From positions 414,297-478,296 of the forward strand of contig CAVXYX010000001.1 of NCBI GenBank assembly GCA_963766265.1: 64,000 nt of DNA, written 5' to 3'. This DNA is from an uncultured Alphaproteobacteria bacterium. GTDB taxonomy: Bacteria; Pseudomonadota; Alphaproteobacteria; Micropepsales; Micropepsaceae. This document shows positions 11,726 to 22,024 of this stretch, in pieces. A program made the translations under genes and the position numbers. The notes beneath the pieces are model-generated. The model had not been told where the DNA came from and did no database searches. It was given only the letters and a program-made list of their open reading frames with translations. Position 1 is the first letter of the stretch; each line of letters starts with the position of its first letter.

Positions 11726-12565
11726 TTAGCCACCCTGGAACAGAGACAGGATGGTCTGCGGCGCCTGATTGGCGATCGACAGAGCCTGAATGCCAAGCTG
11801 CTGCTTGACCTGCAGGGACTGCAACGACGCGCTTTCCTGCGCCATGTTGGCGTCCACCAGATTGCCGATACCGGTCGTCAGCGTATCGGACAGGTTCTGG
11901 GCGAAGGTCGCCTGGATCGAGAACTTCGCCGCACCGGCCGACAATTTGGCCAGAGCCGAGTTGACGTTGGTGAGCGAGGTCTGGATCGTGGCGACCAGAG
12001 TCGACGCCTTGGCCTGGGTCGAGATCGTGGCGTTGGTCGCCAGGGTCACGATCGTGCCGGAGAGGCTCATATTCTGGGCCGCCGTGGTGATGCGGCGCGT
12101 GCCGTCAGCCGACGCCAAGGCGGTGATCTGGTTGGTCGAACCGTTGACCAGGTTGAAGCCGTTGAACATGGCGTTGGTCACGATCGTGGTGATCTGGCGC
12201 GCAGAGCGTTGAAGTCTGGAATTCAGCGCCTGGCGGCTCGCGGTGTCGAGCGAGGCGTCGGCGGCCGAAAGAGCCTGCTGTTTCATCTGGATCAGCAGGT
12301 CCGAAATCGACTGACCCGCGGACAGGGCGACGTCGATCGAGGACGTGCCGTTGTTGAGCGAGCTGATCACGGACTGATAGCCGGCAACCTGCGCCGCGCT
12401 GATTCTGGGCGATGGCGTAAATCGCGCCATCGTCACGCGCGGTCGGCGACTTTCATGCCGCTGTTGATGGCGGATCTGGGTCTGGGCCAACTGGCCCTGG
12501 GTGGCGGTTGAGGTACTGCAGCGCCGCCATGGCGCCGGCGTGTTGGTGTTGACGCTAAAAGACAT
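11726..12565 (-). CDS. Flagellin (short ~280 aa Caulobacter Flj type), copy 1
   Basis: MSFSVNTN, N-terminal helix, GIGNLVDANMAQESASLQSLQVKQQLGIQALSIANQAPQTILSLF; internal compensating indels. Confidence 0.95.
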   Translation of the reverse strand: MSFSVNTNTPAPWRRCSTSTATQGQLAQTQIRHQQRHESRRPRVTMARFTPSPRISAAQVAGYQSVISSLNNGTSSIDVALSAGQSISDLLIQMKQQALSAADASLDTASRQALNSRLQRSARQITTIVTNAMFNGFNLVNGSTNQITALASADGTRRITTAAQNMSLSGTIVTLATNATISTQAKASTLVATIQTSLTNVNSALAKLSAGAAKFSIQATFAQNLSDTLTTGIGNLVDANMAQESASLQSLQVKQQLGIQALSIANQAPQTILSLFQGG

Positions 12566-12628
12566 GGATCTCTCCGTTCTGGTGTTGATGTGCATGGCTC
12601 ACAGGGCGTTTTGCCCGCATGACCCATG

Positions 12629-12644
12629 GCAAGCGCTCGTGCCG
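12629..12644 (-). promoter_or_regulatory. Sigma54 (-24/-12)-like promoter of flagellin 1
   Basis: Minus strand CGGCACGAGCGCTTGC; GG-N11-GC is one base longer than canonical, possibly an indel error. Confidence 0.5.
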
Positions 12645-12703
12645 GAGCCGGATTCAGAATTCGCTTAAACATCGATTTTGCCGCGGCGGAGGAAAAAAGC
12701 GCC

Positions 12704-12793
12704 CGGCGGAATTTGCCCGTGCGGCAAGGATGACCGGCAGAATTTGCCGCGGACACGGAAATTTTTGCCGAGCGGGCCCGGCAAATAATTCCA
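12704..12793. promoter_or_regulatory. Array of ftr-like (FlbD enhancer) palindromes
   Basis: CGGCGGAATTTGCCCG, CGGCAAGGATGACCG, CGGCAGAATTTGCCG, CGGAAATTTTTGCCG, CGGCAAATAATTCCA. Confidence 0.65.
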
Positions 12794-12889
12794 CTTTGGC
12801 GAAAACAAGCCGCGCTTTTGCTGGAAAATTTTGTGTGAAGGAATTTGCTTAGCGGAATCTTGCCAAGATCCGCGAACGCCGCAAACGCA

Positions 12890-12915
12890 AAGAGCGGCGC
12901 TCGCGCGCCGCTCTT
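12890..12915 (-). terminator. Rho-independent terminator after flagellin 2
   Basis: AAGAGCGGCGC-TCGC-GCGCCGCTCTT perfect stem just past the stop. Confidence 0.7.
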
Positions 12916-12940
12916 CTTACGTCAAACCGGTGAGACCGGA

Positions 12941-13776
12941 TCAGCCGTTCTGGAACAGCGACAGGATGGTCTGCGGCGCCTGGTTGGCGATCGACAGGGC
13001 CTGAACGCCCAGCTGCTGCTTGACCTGCAGCGACTGCAGCGGCGCGCTTTCCTGCGCCATGTTGGCGTCCACCAGATTGCCGATGCCGGTGGTCAGCGTG
13101 TCGGACAGGTTCTGGGTGAAGGTCGCCTGGATCGAGAATTTCGCCGCACCGGACGACAATTTGGCGAGCGCCGAGTTGACGTTGGTGAGCGAGGTCTGGA
13201 TCGTGGCGATCAGGGCCGACGCCTGGCCTGGGTCGAGATCGAGGCAGTGGAGGGAATGGTCACGATCAGACCGCTCAGAGCTCATATTCTGGGCCAAGGT
13301 GGTGATGTGGCGGGAGCCGTCGGACGAAGCCAGCGCCGTGATCTGGTTGGTCGAACCATTGACCAGGTTGAAGCCATTGAAGATGGCGTTGTTCACGATC
13401 GTGGTGATCTGGCCGCAGCAAGGCCTGGAAGCTCGAATTCAAGCGCCTGCGGCTCGCCGTGTCGAGCGAGGAGTCCGACGGCCGAAAGCGCCTGCTGTTT
13501 CAACTGGATCAGCAGATCCGAAATCGACTGGCCCGCCGAAAGGGCGACATCGATCGCGGAAGAGCCATTGTTCAAGCTGTTGATCACGGACTGCAGGCCC
13601 GCGACCGCGCCCCGCTGGTTCTGGGCAATGGCGTAAATCGCACCATTGTCCTTCGCCGTCGCGACTTTCAGACCCGAATTGATCTCGCTCTGGGTCTGGT
13701 TGAGCTGGCCCTGGGTCTGGTTGAGGTACTGCAGCGCGGTCATCGCGCCGGTGTTGGTGTTGACGCTAAAGGACAT
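12941..13776 (-). CDS. Flagellin, copy 2 (frameshifted)
   Basis: MSFSVNTNTGAMTALQYLN...AKDNGAIYAIAQ; C-term QQLGVQALSIANQAPQTILSLFQNG; close paralog of copy 1. Confidence 0.95.
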
Positions 13777-13856
13777 GGGGGTTTCTCCATTACTTAACTT
13801 CGGTGGGGGGCGCGCGTTTCTCGCGAACCTTGGGCAAATCACCCGGGCCTGATTTC

Positions 13857-13872
13857 TGCAATCGCCGTGCCG
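13857..13872 (-). promoter_or_regulatory. Sigma54 promoter of flagellin 2
   Basis: Minus strand CGGCACGGCGATTGCA, exact GG-N10-GC spacing. Confidence 0.8.
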
Positions 13873-13878
13873 CGCCCC

Positions 13879-13974
13879 TTAACTTCATATGATATTGATT
13901 TTATTGAATATATTTTCGTGCGACGGCCGGAACGCCGATTAGGCATGATTTGCCGGAGTGGCAAAAGTTTGCCG
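13879..13974. promoter_or_regulatory. IHF-like AT tract plus two ftr-like elements upstream of flagellin 2
   Basis: AT-rich ATGATATTGATTTTATTGAATA (minus strand AATCAA core), then AGGCATGATTTGCCG (13941-13955) and TGGCAAAAGTTTGCCG (13959-13974). Confidence 0.6.
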
Positions 13975-14004
13975 CGACGCTTTTGCGATGCTCTTCACTG
14001 GCTC

Positions 14005-14040
14005 AAAAGAAAAAGCCGGCGCGGGAGATCGCGCCGGCTT
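14005..14040 (-). terminator. Rho-independent terminator after flaF
   Basis: AAGCCGGCGCG-N6-CGCGCCGGCTT plus minus-strand T tract. Confidence 0.75.
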
Positions 14041-14069
14041 CTGAATGAATCAGCTGGCGGCTTGAGGCT

Positions 14070-14424
14070 TCAGCCGACCTTGGCTTCCAGGCCCTGCATG
14101 ATGGTGCGATTGATCTGGATCAGGGGATCGAGCGGCGCCTTCTCGCGCGTCACCTTGCGGGAATATTTCGAGACGAAGAGCGAGAGCGACACGATCTTGG
14201 CGCGCACATCCTGGGTGAGCGCGTTGCGGTCGTCCATGCAGTCGGCCGCCAAGCGTGCGCCACAGGCGCTTGTTCCAGTCCACCGCCTCGACCAGGGGCG
14301 TGCCCTTGGCGTTCTTGCTCTTGGCATCCAGGAGCGCGCCCGTCACCTGGCCGAAAAGGCGGTATTCCGTCGCCCGCGGGTCTTCAACCGCGCGCTGAAC
14401 GTTTTGATAGGTTTTCAGGGACAT
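14070..14424 (-). CDS. flaF: Flagellar biosynthesis regulator FlaF (frameshifted)
   Basis: MSLKTYQ...PRATEYRLF...WNKRLW...DCMDDRNAL...LIQINRTIMQGL. Confidence 0.9.
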
Positions 14425-14809
14425 AATTCAATCGCTCCTGTTCATACTCGAATAGTTTCCGGCAGGCCATCAGCGCCTTGTAATACTCGCGCCGGTTGAC
14501 ATCGCGGCTGATTTCCACGCATTGCGCGAGAATGGCGCGGTTCTGGATCGCGCCCATGAATTCGGTCATGCGCAGGGCGAATTCGTTGTAGGGCTCTTCG
14601 CTGGCCTCGCCGTCGAGATACATCATCATGATGGCGAGATAGACCAGGCGCGCCGGCGTCTTGGCGTCCTTGGGCTGCAGGATGTCCTTTTCGCGCAGCA
14701 CACAGGCCTTGTTCTGGATCACCAGGCTGGTGCGCTTGTCGCCGTTGGAGAGGACGGCGCCATTGAGCACGAATTTCTCGCCCGGTTTCAGGGACAGTTT
14801 GAGCGGCAT
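14384..14809 (-). CDS. flbT: Flagellin synthesis repressor FlbT
   Basis: MPLKLSLKPGEKFVLNGAVL...VLREKDI...TPARLVY. Confidence 0.93.
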   Translation of the reverse strand: MPLKLSLKPGEKFVLNGAVLSNGDKRTSLVIQNKACVLREKDILQPKDAKTPARLVYLAIMMMYLDGEASEEPYNEFALRMTEFMGAIQNRAILAQCVEISRDVNRREYYKALMACRKLFEYEQERLNYVPENLSKRSARG

Positions 14810-14952
14810 GCGGGGGGTCCTTGCCTGTCAAGTGCGCCACCATAGGCCGGCAGAGTTAATAAAAGCCTGATGTCTCATGGTTTTTCGTTCACCAGCGGTT
14901 AAGCATAAGAGCTTCTGATGGCGGCCGATTTTCGTGATGAAGAGAAGACACC

Positions 14953-16740
14953 ATGGCCGCTGCCGCCGCGCTTAAAAGTATCGACTCATTAAGCGGCGTG
15001 GACGCCAAGATGGCGGCGCTGGAGCGGCTGGAGAAGCTCTTCGACCAGGCCGCGGCCGAAAAGGAGCGGCACAAATCCAATATCGCTGTTGAAGCGCGCG
15101 GTGCGCATCTGGCGCAAGGGCGAGATCGTCCAGCGCCGCCCAATGGGCGCTGAAGGCGGTCGAGGCCGACGACACCAATCCCAAGGCTTATCATCTTCTG
15201 GCCATGGCGCTGGAGCGCATGGGCCATGTTCACAAGGCGCTGGTCACTTATGAACGCGCCTATCGAACTCGATCCCACCGATCCGGAGCTTCTGGTCAAT
15301 CTGGGCCTCACCGCCTGGAATCTGAAGATGACCGAAAGCGCGGCGAAGCTGTTCGAGCTTTACATCGCCGCCTGCCCTGATTCGCCCTTGGGCTACAACA
15401 ATCTGGGCAGCGTGCTGTGCGATCTGGGACGGCCCGAGGACGGCATCGAGATGCTGCGCGCCGCGATCTACCGCATGCCCGGCGAAGCGATTCTGTGGAA
15501 TTCGCTGGCCACGGTGCTGGCGGAAGCAGGGCCGCGCCGAGGAAAGCCTGGTGTTCTACAATGAGGCGGTGCGCCTGCAGCCCAGCTTTGCGCGTGGCTA
15601 TCACAATCTGGGTTATGCCTATCAGCATCTGGGGCGGCTGGAAGACGCGCTCGCCAATTACGAGGTGGCGCTTACCCATGTCACCGATCCCACCGAGCGA
15701 ATGGAGGCGCGCCATTCGCGCAGCATCTGCCTGATCGGCGCGGGCCAGCTGGAGGAAGGTTTCCGCGAATATGAGATCCGCAACAATGAGCGGTTCCGCG
15801 CCTATGTCCATCATATGATCAAGGCGCCGCGCTGGAATGGCGAGCCCATCGAGGGATTGAAGCTCCTTTTGGTCGGCGAGCAGGGCCTGGGCGACGAATT
15901 CATGTTCGCCAACATCCTGCCCGACATGATGCGCGAGTTGGGGCCGGACGGCAAATTGCAGGTCGCGGTGGATCCGCGCCTGGTGAAACTGTTCCAGCGC
16001 AGTTTCCCGCAAGCCGAAGTGGCAGCTATGAAGACCGCACCTTGGTCGACAAGGACGGCAACCAGGCGCTGCGCTTTATTCCTTTTGCCGAAAAGCGCAA
16101 TGTGCCGGACATGTGGGCGCCGATGGCCTCGGCACTGGCCATCTACCGCAAGTCGCTGGCCGATTTTCCCCACAAGCCTTTTCTGGTGCCCGATGCCGCC
16201 CGCGTGGCGGAATTCCGCGCGCGCTTGGAGCGCCTGCCGGGCAAGAAAGTGGGCGTCTGCTGGCGCTCCATGATGCTGGGCGCCAAGCGGGCCAAATATT
16301 TCTCGGCCATCGATGGCTGGGCGCCGCTGTTGAAGACGCCGGGCGTGAGCTTCGTCAACCTCCAATATGGCGATTGCTGCGAGGAGATCGCCCACGCCGC
16401 GGACAACACGGCATCACCATCCATCAGATGGAAGGGCTGGATCTACGCGACGATATCGACGGCGCCGCCGCCTTGTCGGCCGCGCTTGATCTCGTTCTGT
16501 CAGCCCCCACCGCCGCCGCGGCGACCGCGGCCAGCGTGGGCACGGAAGTCTGGTTCCTCACCGCCGGGCGCGACCTGGCCGCAATTGGGGACGGACGAAT
16601 ATCCTTGGTACGCCCGGACACGGGTCTTTTCGCCGGAGCGTTTCGGCGACTGGGCAAGCCTGATGCCGCGCGCCGCCGCCGAACTGGCAAAATTCGCGGC
16701 GGATAATTTCACTCTTTTTATGGCCTACCGTTCGAATTAG
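14953..16740 (+). CDS. flmG: FlmG/FlbA-type TPR-containing flagellin glycosyltransferase (frameshifted)
   Basis: TPR repeats (GYNNLGSVL, GYHNLGYAY), then EQGLGDEFMF, KVGVCWRS, FVNLQYG, YPWY GT-B domain; divergent from flbT-flaF-flagellins as in Caulobacter. Confidence 0.8.
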
Positions 16741-17429
16741 ATGGCGGCCAGAAGTGCTGCCTGGTTGGGCTCGGCGGCCACGCGGATTTGCGCGAATGCG
16801 AGCTCCTTGAGTGCTTCCGCGGTGTTGGCGCTGATGCAGATGGCGGTCAGCCGGGCCGTGGAAAGACCCGCCCGCGTCACGCATTGGGCGAACAGGCCCG
16901 CGCTTTTGGGCGAGAAAAACAGCGCCGCTTCAACCTGGCCCTGGCGGATCGCCTGCACCGCTTGGTCAGGCAACTCCACCGCCTTTTCCATGCGGTAGAG
17001 CGTTTGCCGCTGAGCGAAAAACCACGCGCGCCCAACGTTTCGCTCAACGCGGGGCTCGCCTCTTCGCCGGCAGCATGAAGAAGAGGTCCCCCATCCGGCT
17101 CGGCCCAATGGGCGGCGGCGTCGGCCAGCGCCATGGCGTCGCCTTCGGCACTCCGTACACGGAGGAAACCTGCCGGCCTGCGCGGCCTCCGCGCTTTGCG
17201 GTCCCACCGCGAAAATGGCGATGTCACGATTTGAGGTGCGCCGCGCCAGCGCGCGCGCGCCATTGGCGCTGGTGACCAAGAAGGCCTGGATGCCGGCCAA
17301 ATCCAGCGGCGGCCCATCGAGAAAGCGTGTGGTCAGGAGCGGCGCCAGCACCGTCTCATGCCCCATCAAGGCCAGGCGGCGGGCGATCTCCTCGCCATCC
17401 TGGATGGGCCGTGTGACCAGAATTCTCAC
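16737..17429 (-). CDS. hemD: Uroporphyrinogen-III synthase
   Basis: MRILVTRP, VTSANGARA, FFSPKSA, CISANTA; divergent from tsaD. Confidence 0.88.
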   Translation of the reverse strand: MRILVTRPIQDGEEIARRLALMGHETVLAPLLTTRFLDGPPLDLAGIQAFLVTSANGARALARRTSNRDIAIFAVGPQSAEAAQAGRFPPCTECRRRRHGAGRRRRPLGRAGWGTSSSCCRRRGEPRVERNVGRAWFFAQRQTLYRMEKAVELPDQAVQAIRQGQVEAALFFSPKSAGLFAQCVTRAGLSTARLTAICISANTAEALKELAFAQIRVAAEPNQAALLAAI

Positions 17430-17488
17430 GCGCTTCTTCCTTGCCTTGGCCGGCTCTCGTCTGATTTAGAGATGCCAAAGGATAGCTC

Positions 17489-18564
17489 TTGGACAGTCTG
17501 ACGATTTTGGGCCTGGAAACCAGCTGCGACGAAACCGCCGCCGCTGTGGTCACGGGCATGCCGCCCGGCCCGGGCAAAATCCTGTCCAATATCGTCTTCA
17601 GCCAAAATGAAGCGCATGCGCCCTATGGCGGGGTGGTGCCGGAAATCGCGTCCCGCGCCCATCTGGAGATATTGGATGGGCTGGTGGAGCAGGCGCTTTC
17701 GGCAGCCGGCATCACGCTGGACCAGATCGACGCCATCGCCGCCACCGCCGGCCCCGGCCTGATCGGCGGCGTGATGGTGGGGCTCACCACCGCCAAAGCC
17801 CTGGCGCTGGCAACTGGAAAGCCGCTTCTGGCGGTCAATCACTTGGCGGGCCACGCCCTTACCGCCCGCCTGACCCATGGCGTGACGTTTCCGTTCTTGC
17901 TGCTTCTGATTTCGGGCGGACATTGCCAATTGCTGGCAGTGGAGGGCCCCACGCAATTCCGCCTCTATGGCAGCACCATGGACGATGCGGTGGGCGAGGC
18001 CTTCGACAAGACCGCGAAACTTACGGGCCTGCCCTATCCCGGCGGTCCGAATGTGGAGAAGCATGCGGCGCGGGCAATCCACGAGCGCTTCGCCCTGCCA
18101 CGCCCACTTGCTGGGCCGTGACGGCATGGATTTTTCTTTTTCCGGCTTGAAAACGGCGGTGCGCCAGTTGGTGGCAGCAGAACCAAGTGAAGATCGACGA
18201 TGTCTGCGCGTCATTCCAGCGGGCGGTGATCGATATTCTTTGCGATCGGACCGCCCAGGCCATGGCGCATTTTCGCGGGGATTTTCCGCAAACGCGCACG
18301 GCCCGGGCTGGTGGTGGCTGGCGGCGTGGCGGCCAATCGGGCGATCGGTGAAGCCTTGACGGAATTGGCGGAAAGAAACGGGTTTGAGATCCGGGTTCCG
18401 CCCCCCGGCTACTGCACGGACAATGCGGCCATGATCGCCTGGGCCGGGCTCGAGCGGTGCGCGCTGGGTGGACGCGACCCGCTCGATTTCAGCCCTCGTG
18501 CGCGTTGGCCATTGGCGTCATTAGACGGCGACGGCCAGGGTGGCCAGGACGACAGGGCGCTTAG
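17489..18564 (+). CDS. tsaD: t6A synthesis protein TsaD (frameshifted)
   Basis: [51 protein letters not shown]. Confidence 0.93.
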
Positions 18565-18627
18565 AAAGGTGACGGCGCCGGTAGGATTGTCGAGAATGGC
18601 GACGCTGGGTTTGGAAAAAAGGCTCAT
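18521..18627 (-). CDS. Putative 35-aa small membrane protein (needs one base restored)
   Basis: SD GAGGGAG before ATG; [35 protein letters not shown] followed by TAATGA. Confidence 0.45.
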
Positions 18628-18843
18628 GAGAAACTCCCTCAAAACAGACCCGGAACCAGGTCTTTGCTGCACTGCGATATAATGGGCCTTGAGGGGTTGT
18701 TCAAGTGAATGATTTGCGACCTAGAAGCTGCAATATGTTGTTAACTATTATAGATAATGTATTGATTATATAACAATAATATGTCGCAGCAATAATATTT
18801 CATTTACCGACTACGCACTTGCAGCATATGAGGGTTGCGTACA

Positions 18844-19638
18844 GTGAAAATCGCCACCTGGAACATCAATTCGGTGCGCCATCGGATCAATCTCGTGACC
18901 CGCTTTTTGCGGGACCAGCAGCCGGATGTCCTGTGCCTGCAGGAGACCAAGGTGGTGAACGAACTCTTCCCCAAGGCGGCCCTGGCCAAGCTGGGCTATG
19001 TCCATCAGGCGATCCACGGCCAGAAGGCCTATCACGGGGTGGCGGTGCTCTCGCGCCTGCCCTTCAGAAAACCGGCGTCCAGGATTTCTGCCGCGAAGGT
19101 CATGCGCGGCACATGGCGGTCACGTTCGAAAATGGCTTGGAACTGCACAATTTCTATGTGCCGGCCGGCGGCGACATTCCCGATCCCAAGAAGAACGAGA
19201 AATTCGCGCACAAGCTTCATTTCCTGGGCGAGATGGAAAAATTCTTCGCTGCCCGCAAGGCGTCGCGCAACGAGCCGATGATGCTGGTGGGCGATCTCAA
19301 TGTGGCGCCGCTGGAAAACGATGTCTGGAGCCACAAACAGCTTCTGGATGTGGTGAGCCATACGCCCGTGGAAACGCGGCTTCTGGGTGAAGCCATGGCC
19401 GCGTTCGATTGGAGCGACGCGACCCGCAGCTTCATTCCGCCGGAGGAGAAAATCTATTCCTGGTGGAGCTATCGCGCGCATTGACTGGGAAGCGTCGGAC
19501 CGTGGCAGGCGGCTCGATCATGTCTGGCTCAGCCCGGGGCTCAAAGGCGCTCTGAAATCCCAGACCATCCTGAAGAAAATGCGCGACTGGCAGAAGGCTT
19601 CGGACCATGTGCCGGTGATGGTGGAGGTCGAAGTTTGA
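18844..19638 (+). CDS. xth: Exodeoxyribonuclease III (frameshifted)
   Basis: KIATWNINSVR, LCLQETK, GDLNVAP, YSWWSYR, RRLDH, SDHVP. Confidence 0.93.
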
Positions 19639-20226
19639 GATTGGCCCTGCTGCGTCACGGGCCTACCGCCTGGAATGCGCAGGGCCGTATCCAGGGTCAT
19701 CTCGACATCCCCTTGAGCGAAGACGGCCTGGCGCGGATGCGGGCATTGTTGCCGCCGCCTTCCTTCGAGCAGGCGCGCGCTTTCGCCAGCCCATGCGGCG
19801 GGCGCGTCAGACCGCCGAAGCGCTGGGGCTGGCCGATCCCATATCGGATGCGCGCCTGATGGAACAGAATTGGGGACGGTGGGAAGGATTGAGCCGCGCC
19901 GAAATTCTGGCGCGCGACGGCGAGGATGCCTTCACGCGTGCAGGCGCGAAGCTTGCTTTCCGTCCGCCCGGCGGCGAATCCACGGGAGAGCTGCATGATC
20001 GCGTGACGGCTTTCCTGAAGGATGTGGCGCGGGACGATGGTGACGCCATCGTCGTGGCGCATCTGGGTGTGTTGCGCGCCGCCTATACGCTGGCGAGCGG
20101 CTGGGACATGAGCACGCCCATGCCGCGCGGAATCTGGATATCTCCAAAGCGCTGGTCCTCAGCCTCTCGCGCGAGGGCGAGCCCGCGATCGCCGCGTTGA
20201 ATGTGGATTTGCCCGTGAGACCTTGA
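19635..20226 (+). CDS. Histidine phosphatase family protein
   Basis: LLRHGPTAWN, RARQTA, PPGGES, VVAHLGV. Confidence 0.85.
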
Positions 20227-21187
20227 TCAGGTCCAGAACGGCTCAACTTTGCGGAATTTCTTCCATCGCTTGAGCGCCTGTTTGGCGATATGGGGCCGGC
20301 GCGCCCGATACCAGCCCGCCACCAGGCCCGCCGCATAACGCTCGCCCGGCGCGGTCCGCTTGTTGTCGGTTTCGCGCAACAGGGTGGCCATGGTGGCGCG
20401 GACATGGGCGATGTCGTTGATCGCGCCCAGATGCTCCTGAAGCCCCCGCAGCTCGCGCACATAAAGCTTCACTTTGCGCTTGGGATAGAGCGGCGCCAGG
20501 AATTCGGCGGTGTAGCGCAGCTTCTTGAGCGCGATGCGCAGGCGATGGAGATGGGCTTCATCGCCGTCATGCGCTCTGCGCCCGCGCTTGAGCGCGCGGG
20601 CCTGTTGGCGGTCGAGCAGGCGTTTGGCCACGCGGGAAAGTTTGGTGTCCCTCGCCAGAGGCAGGCGCGAATGGGCCAAAGCCGCGACGTCTTCCGTGAA
20701 GAGCGCGAAATCGGCGCCCGGCGATGCTGTCGCCCGCTTCCTTCCAGGCCTTGTCGCGCATGTCTTCCATGCGGACGCGCAGGCTGAGGAAGGCGTCGCT
20801 TTCATTCTCTTCGGCCGGCGCATCCAGAAGCTGGGTGAGAAAAACATCCAGGTCGCGGGCGGGTCCCAGCCGGCTGGAAAGAATCTTGGCGCGACCGCGC
20901 AGATCGCCCAGCCAATCCTGCTGGAATTCCTCGCTAAAGGCCTTGAGCACCACTTCCAGCCGCCTGAGCGCCACGCGCAATTGATGCAGGCCCTCGACCG
21001 AGCGGCCGGAGCGCAAGATGGCGACATTGGCGGTCAATTGCGCCAGGCAGTCCGACAAAGTGGCGCGAAACACATCTTCCGGGCGCATGGCGCGATTGAT
21101 GCGGGCCGGATGCGCCTTGACCGGCTGGGCGGGGCCCAAACCCTTGCGCGCAAGCGAGTGAATGGCGGCGGGCCGGGGGTCATCCAT
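20227..21187 (-). CDS. CHAD domain (polyphosphate-binding) protein
   Basis: LHQLRVALRRL, LGPARDLDV, LHRLRIALKKLRY, LQEHLGAIND. Confidence 0.85.
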
Positions 21188-21251
21188 GGCGGGGAATTTA
21201 TGGCAATGCCCCGCCAATGCAAGGCGACTTACAGGGAACGCAGGCCGCGCT

Positions 21252-22024
21252 CTAAGGCAAACGCACCGGAATCCTGGCCTTCGCCAGTGCGGCCTTGGCT
21301 TGCGCTATCGTGGCCTGGCCGAAATGGAAAATCGAAGCCGCCAGGACCGCGCTGGCATGGCCTTCGGTGACGCCCTTGACCAGGTCGTCCAGCGTGCCCA
21401 CCCCGCCCGATGCGATCACCGGTACATGCACCGCGTCGCTGACGGCGCGGGTGAGCGGAATATCGTAGCCCGATTTGGTGCCGTCGCGGTCCATGGAGGT
21501 GAGAAGAATTTCGCCCGCACCATATTCGACCAGCTTTTGGCATGGGCGACCGCATCAATGCCGGTCGCGCGCCGCCCGCCATGGGTGAAAACTTCAAAGG
21601 GCGGGCCATTATGGTTGTGAGCGCCCTGCTTGGCGTCGATGGCGGCGACGATGCATTGGCTGCCGAATTTCTCCGCCGCTTCGCGCACGAATTCTGGACG
21701 GCGCACCGCTTCGGTATTGATCGAGACTTTGTCGGCGCCGGCCAGGAGCAGGGCGCGAATGTCCTCCAAGGTGCGCACGCCCCCGCCAACCGTGAGCGGC
21801 ATGAAACAGACCTCGGCCGTGCGCCGCACCACATCCAGCAAGGTGCCGCGTGCCTCATGGCTGGCGGTGATGTCGAGGAAGCAAAGCTCGTCGGCGCCCG
21901 CCGCATCATAGAGGATGGCCTGCTCGACCGGATCGCCGGCATCGCGCAACTGCTCGAAATTGATGCCCTTGACCACGCGGCCGTCTTTCACGTCCAGGCA
22001 GGGAATGATGCGGACCTTGAGCAT
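21252..22024 (-). CDS. hisF: Imidazole glycerol phosphate synthase cyclase subunit
   Basis: [40 protein letters not shown]. Confidence 0.95.

Noticed and set aside
12704-12793. Short repeats as a CRISPR array or iterons
   Set aside because: Units are ~15-bp degenerate palindromes with tiny spacers and no cas or rep gene; they fit sigma54 enhancer sites.
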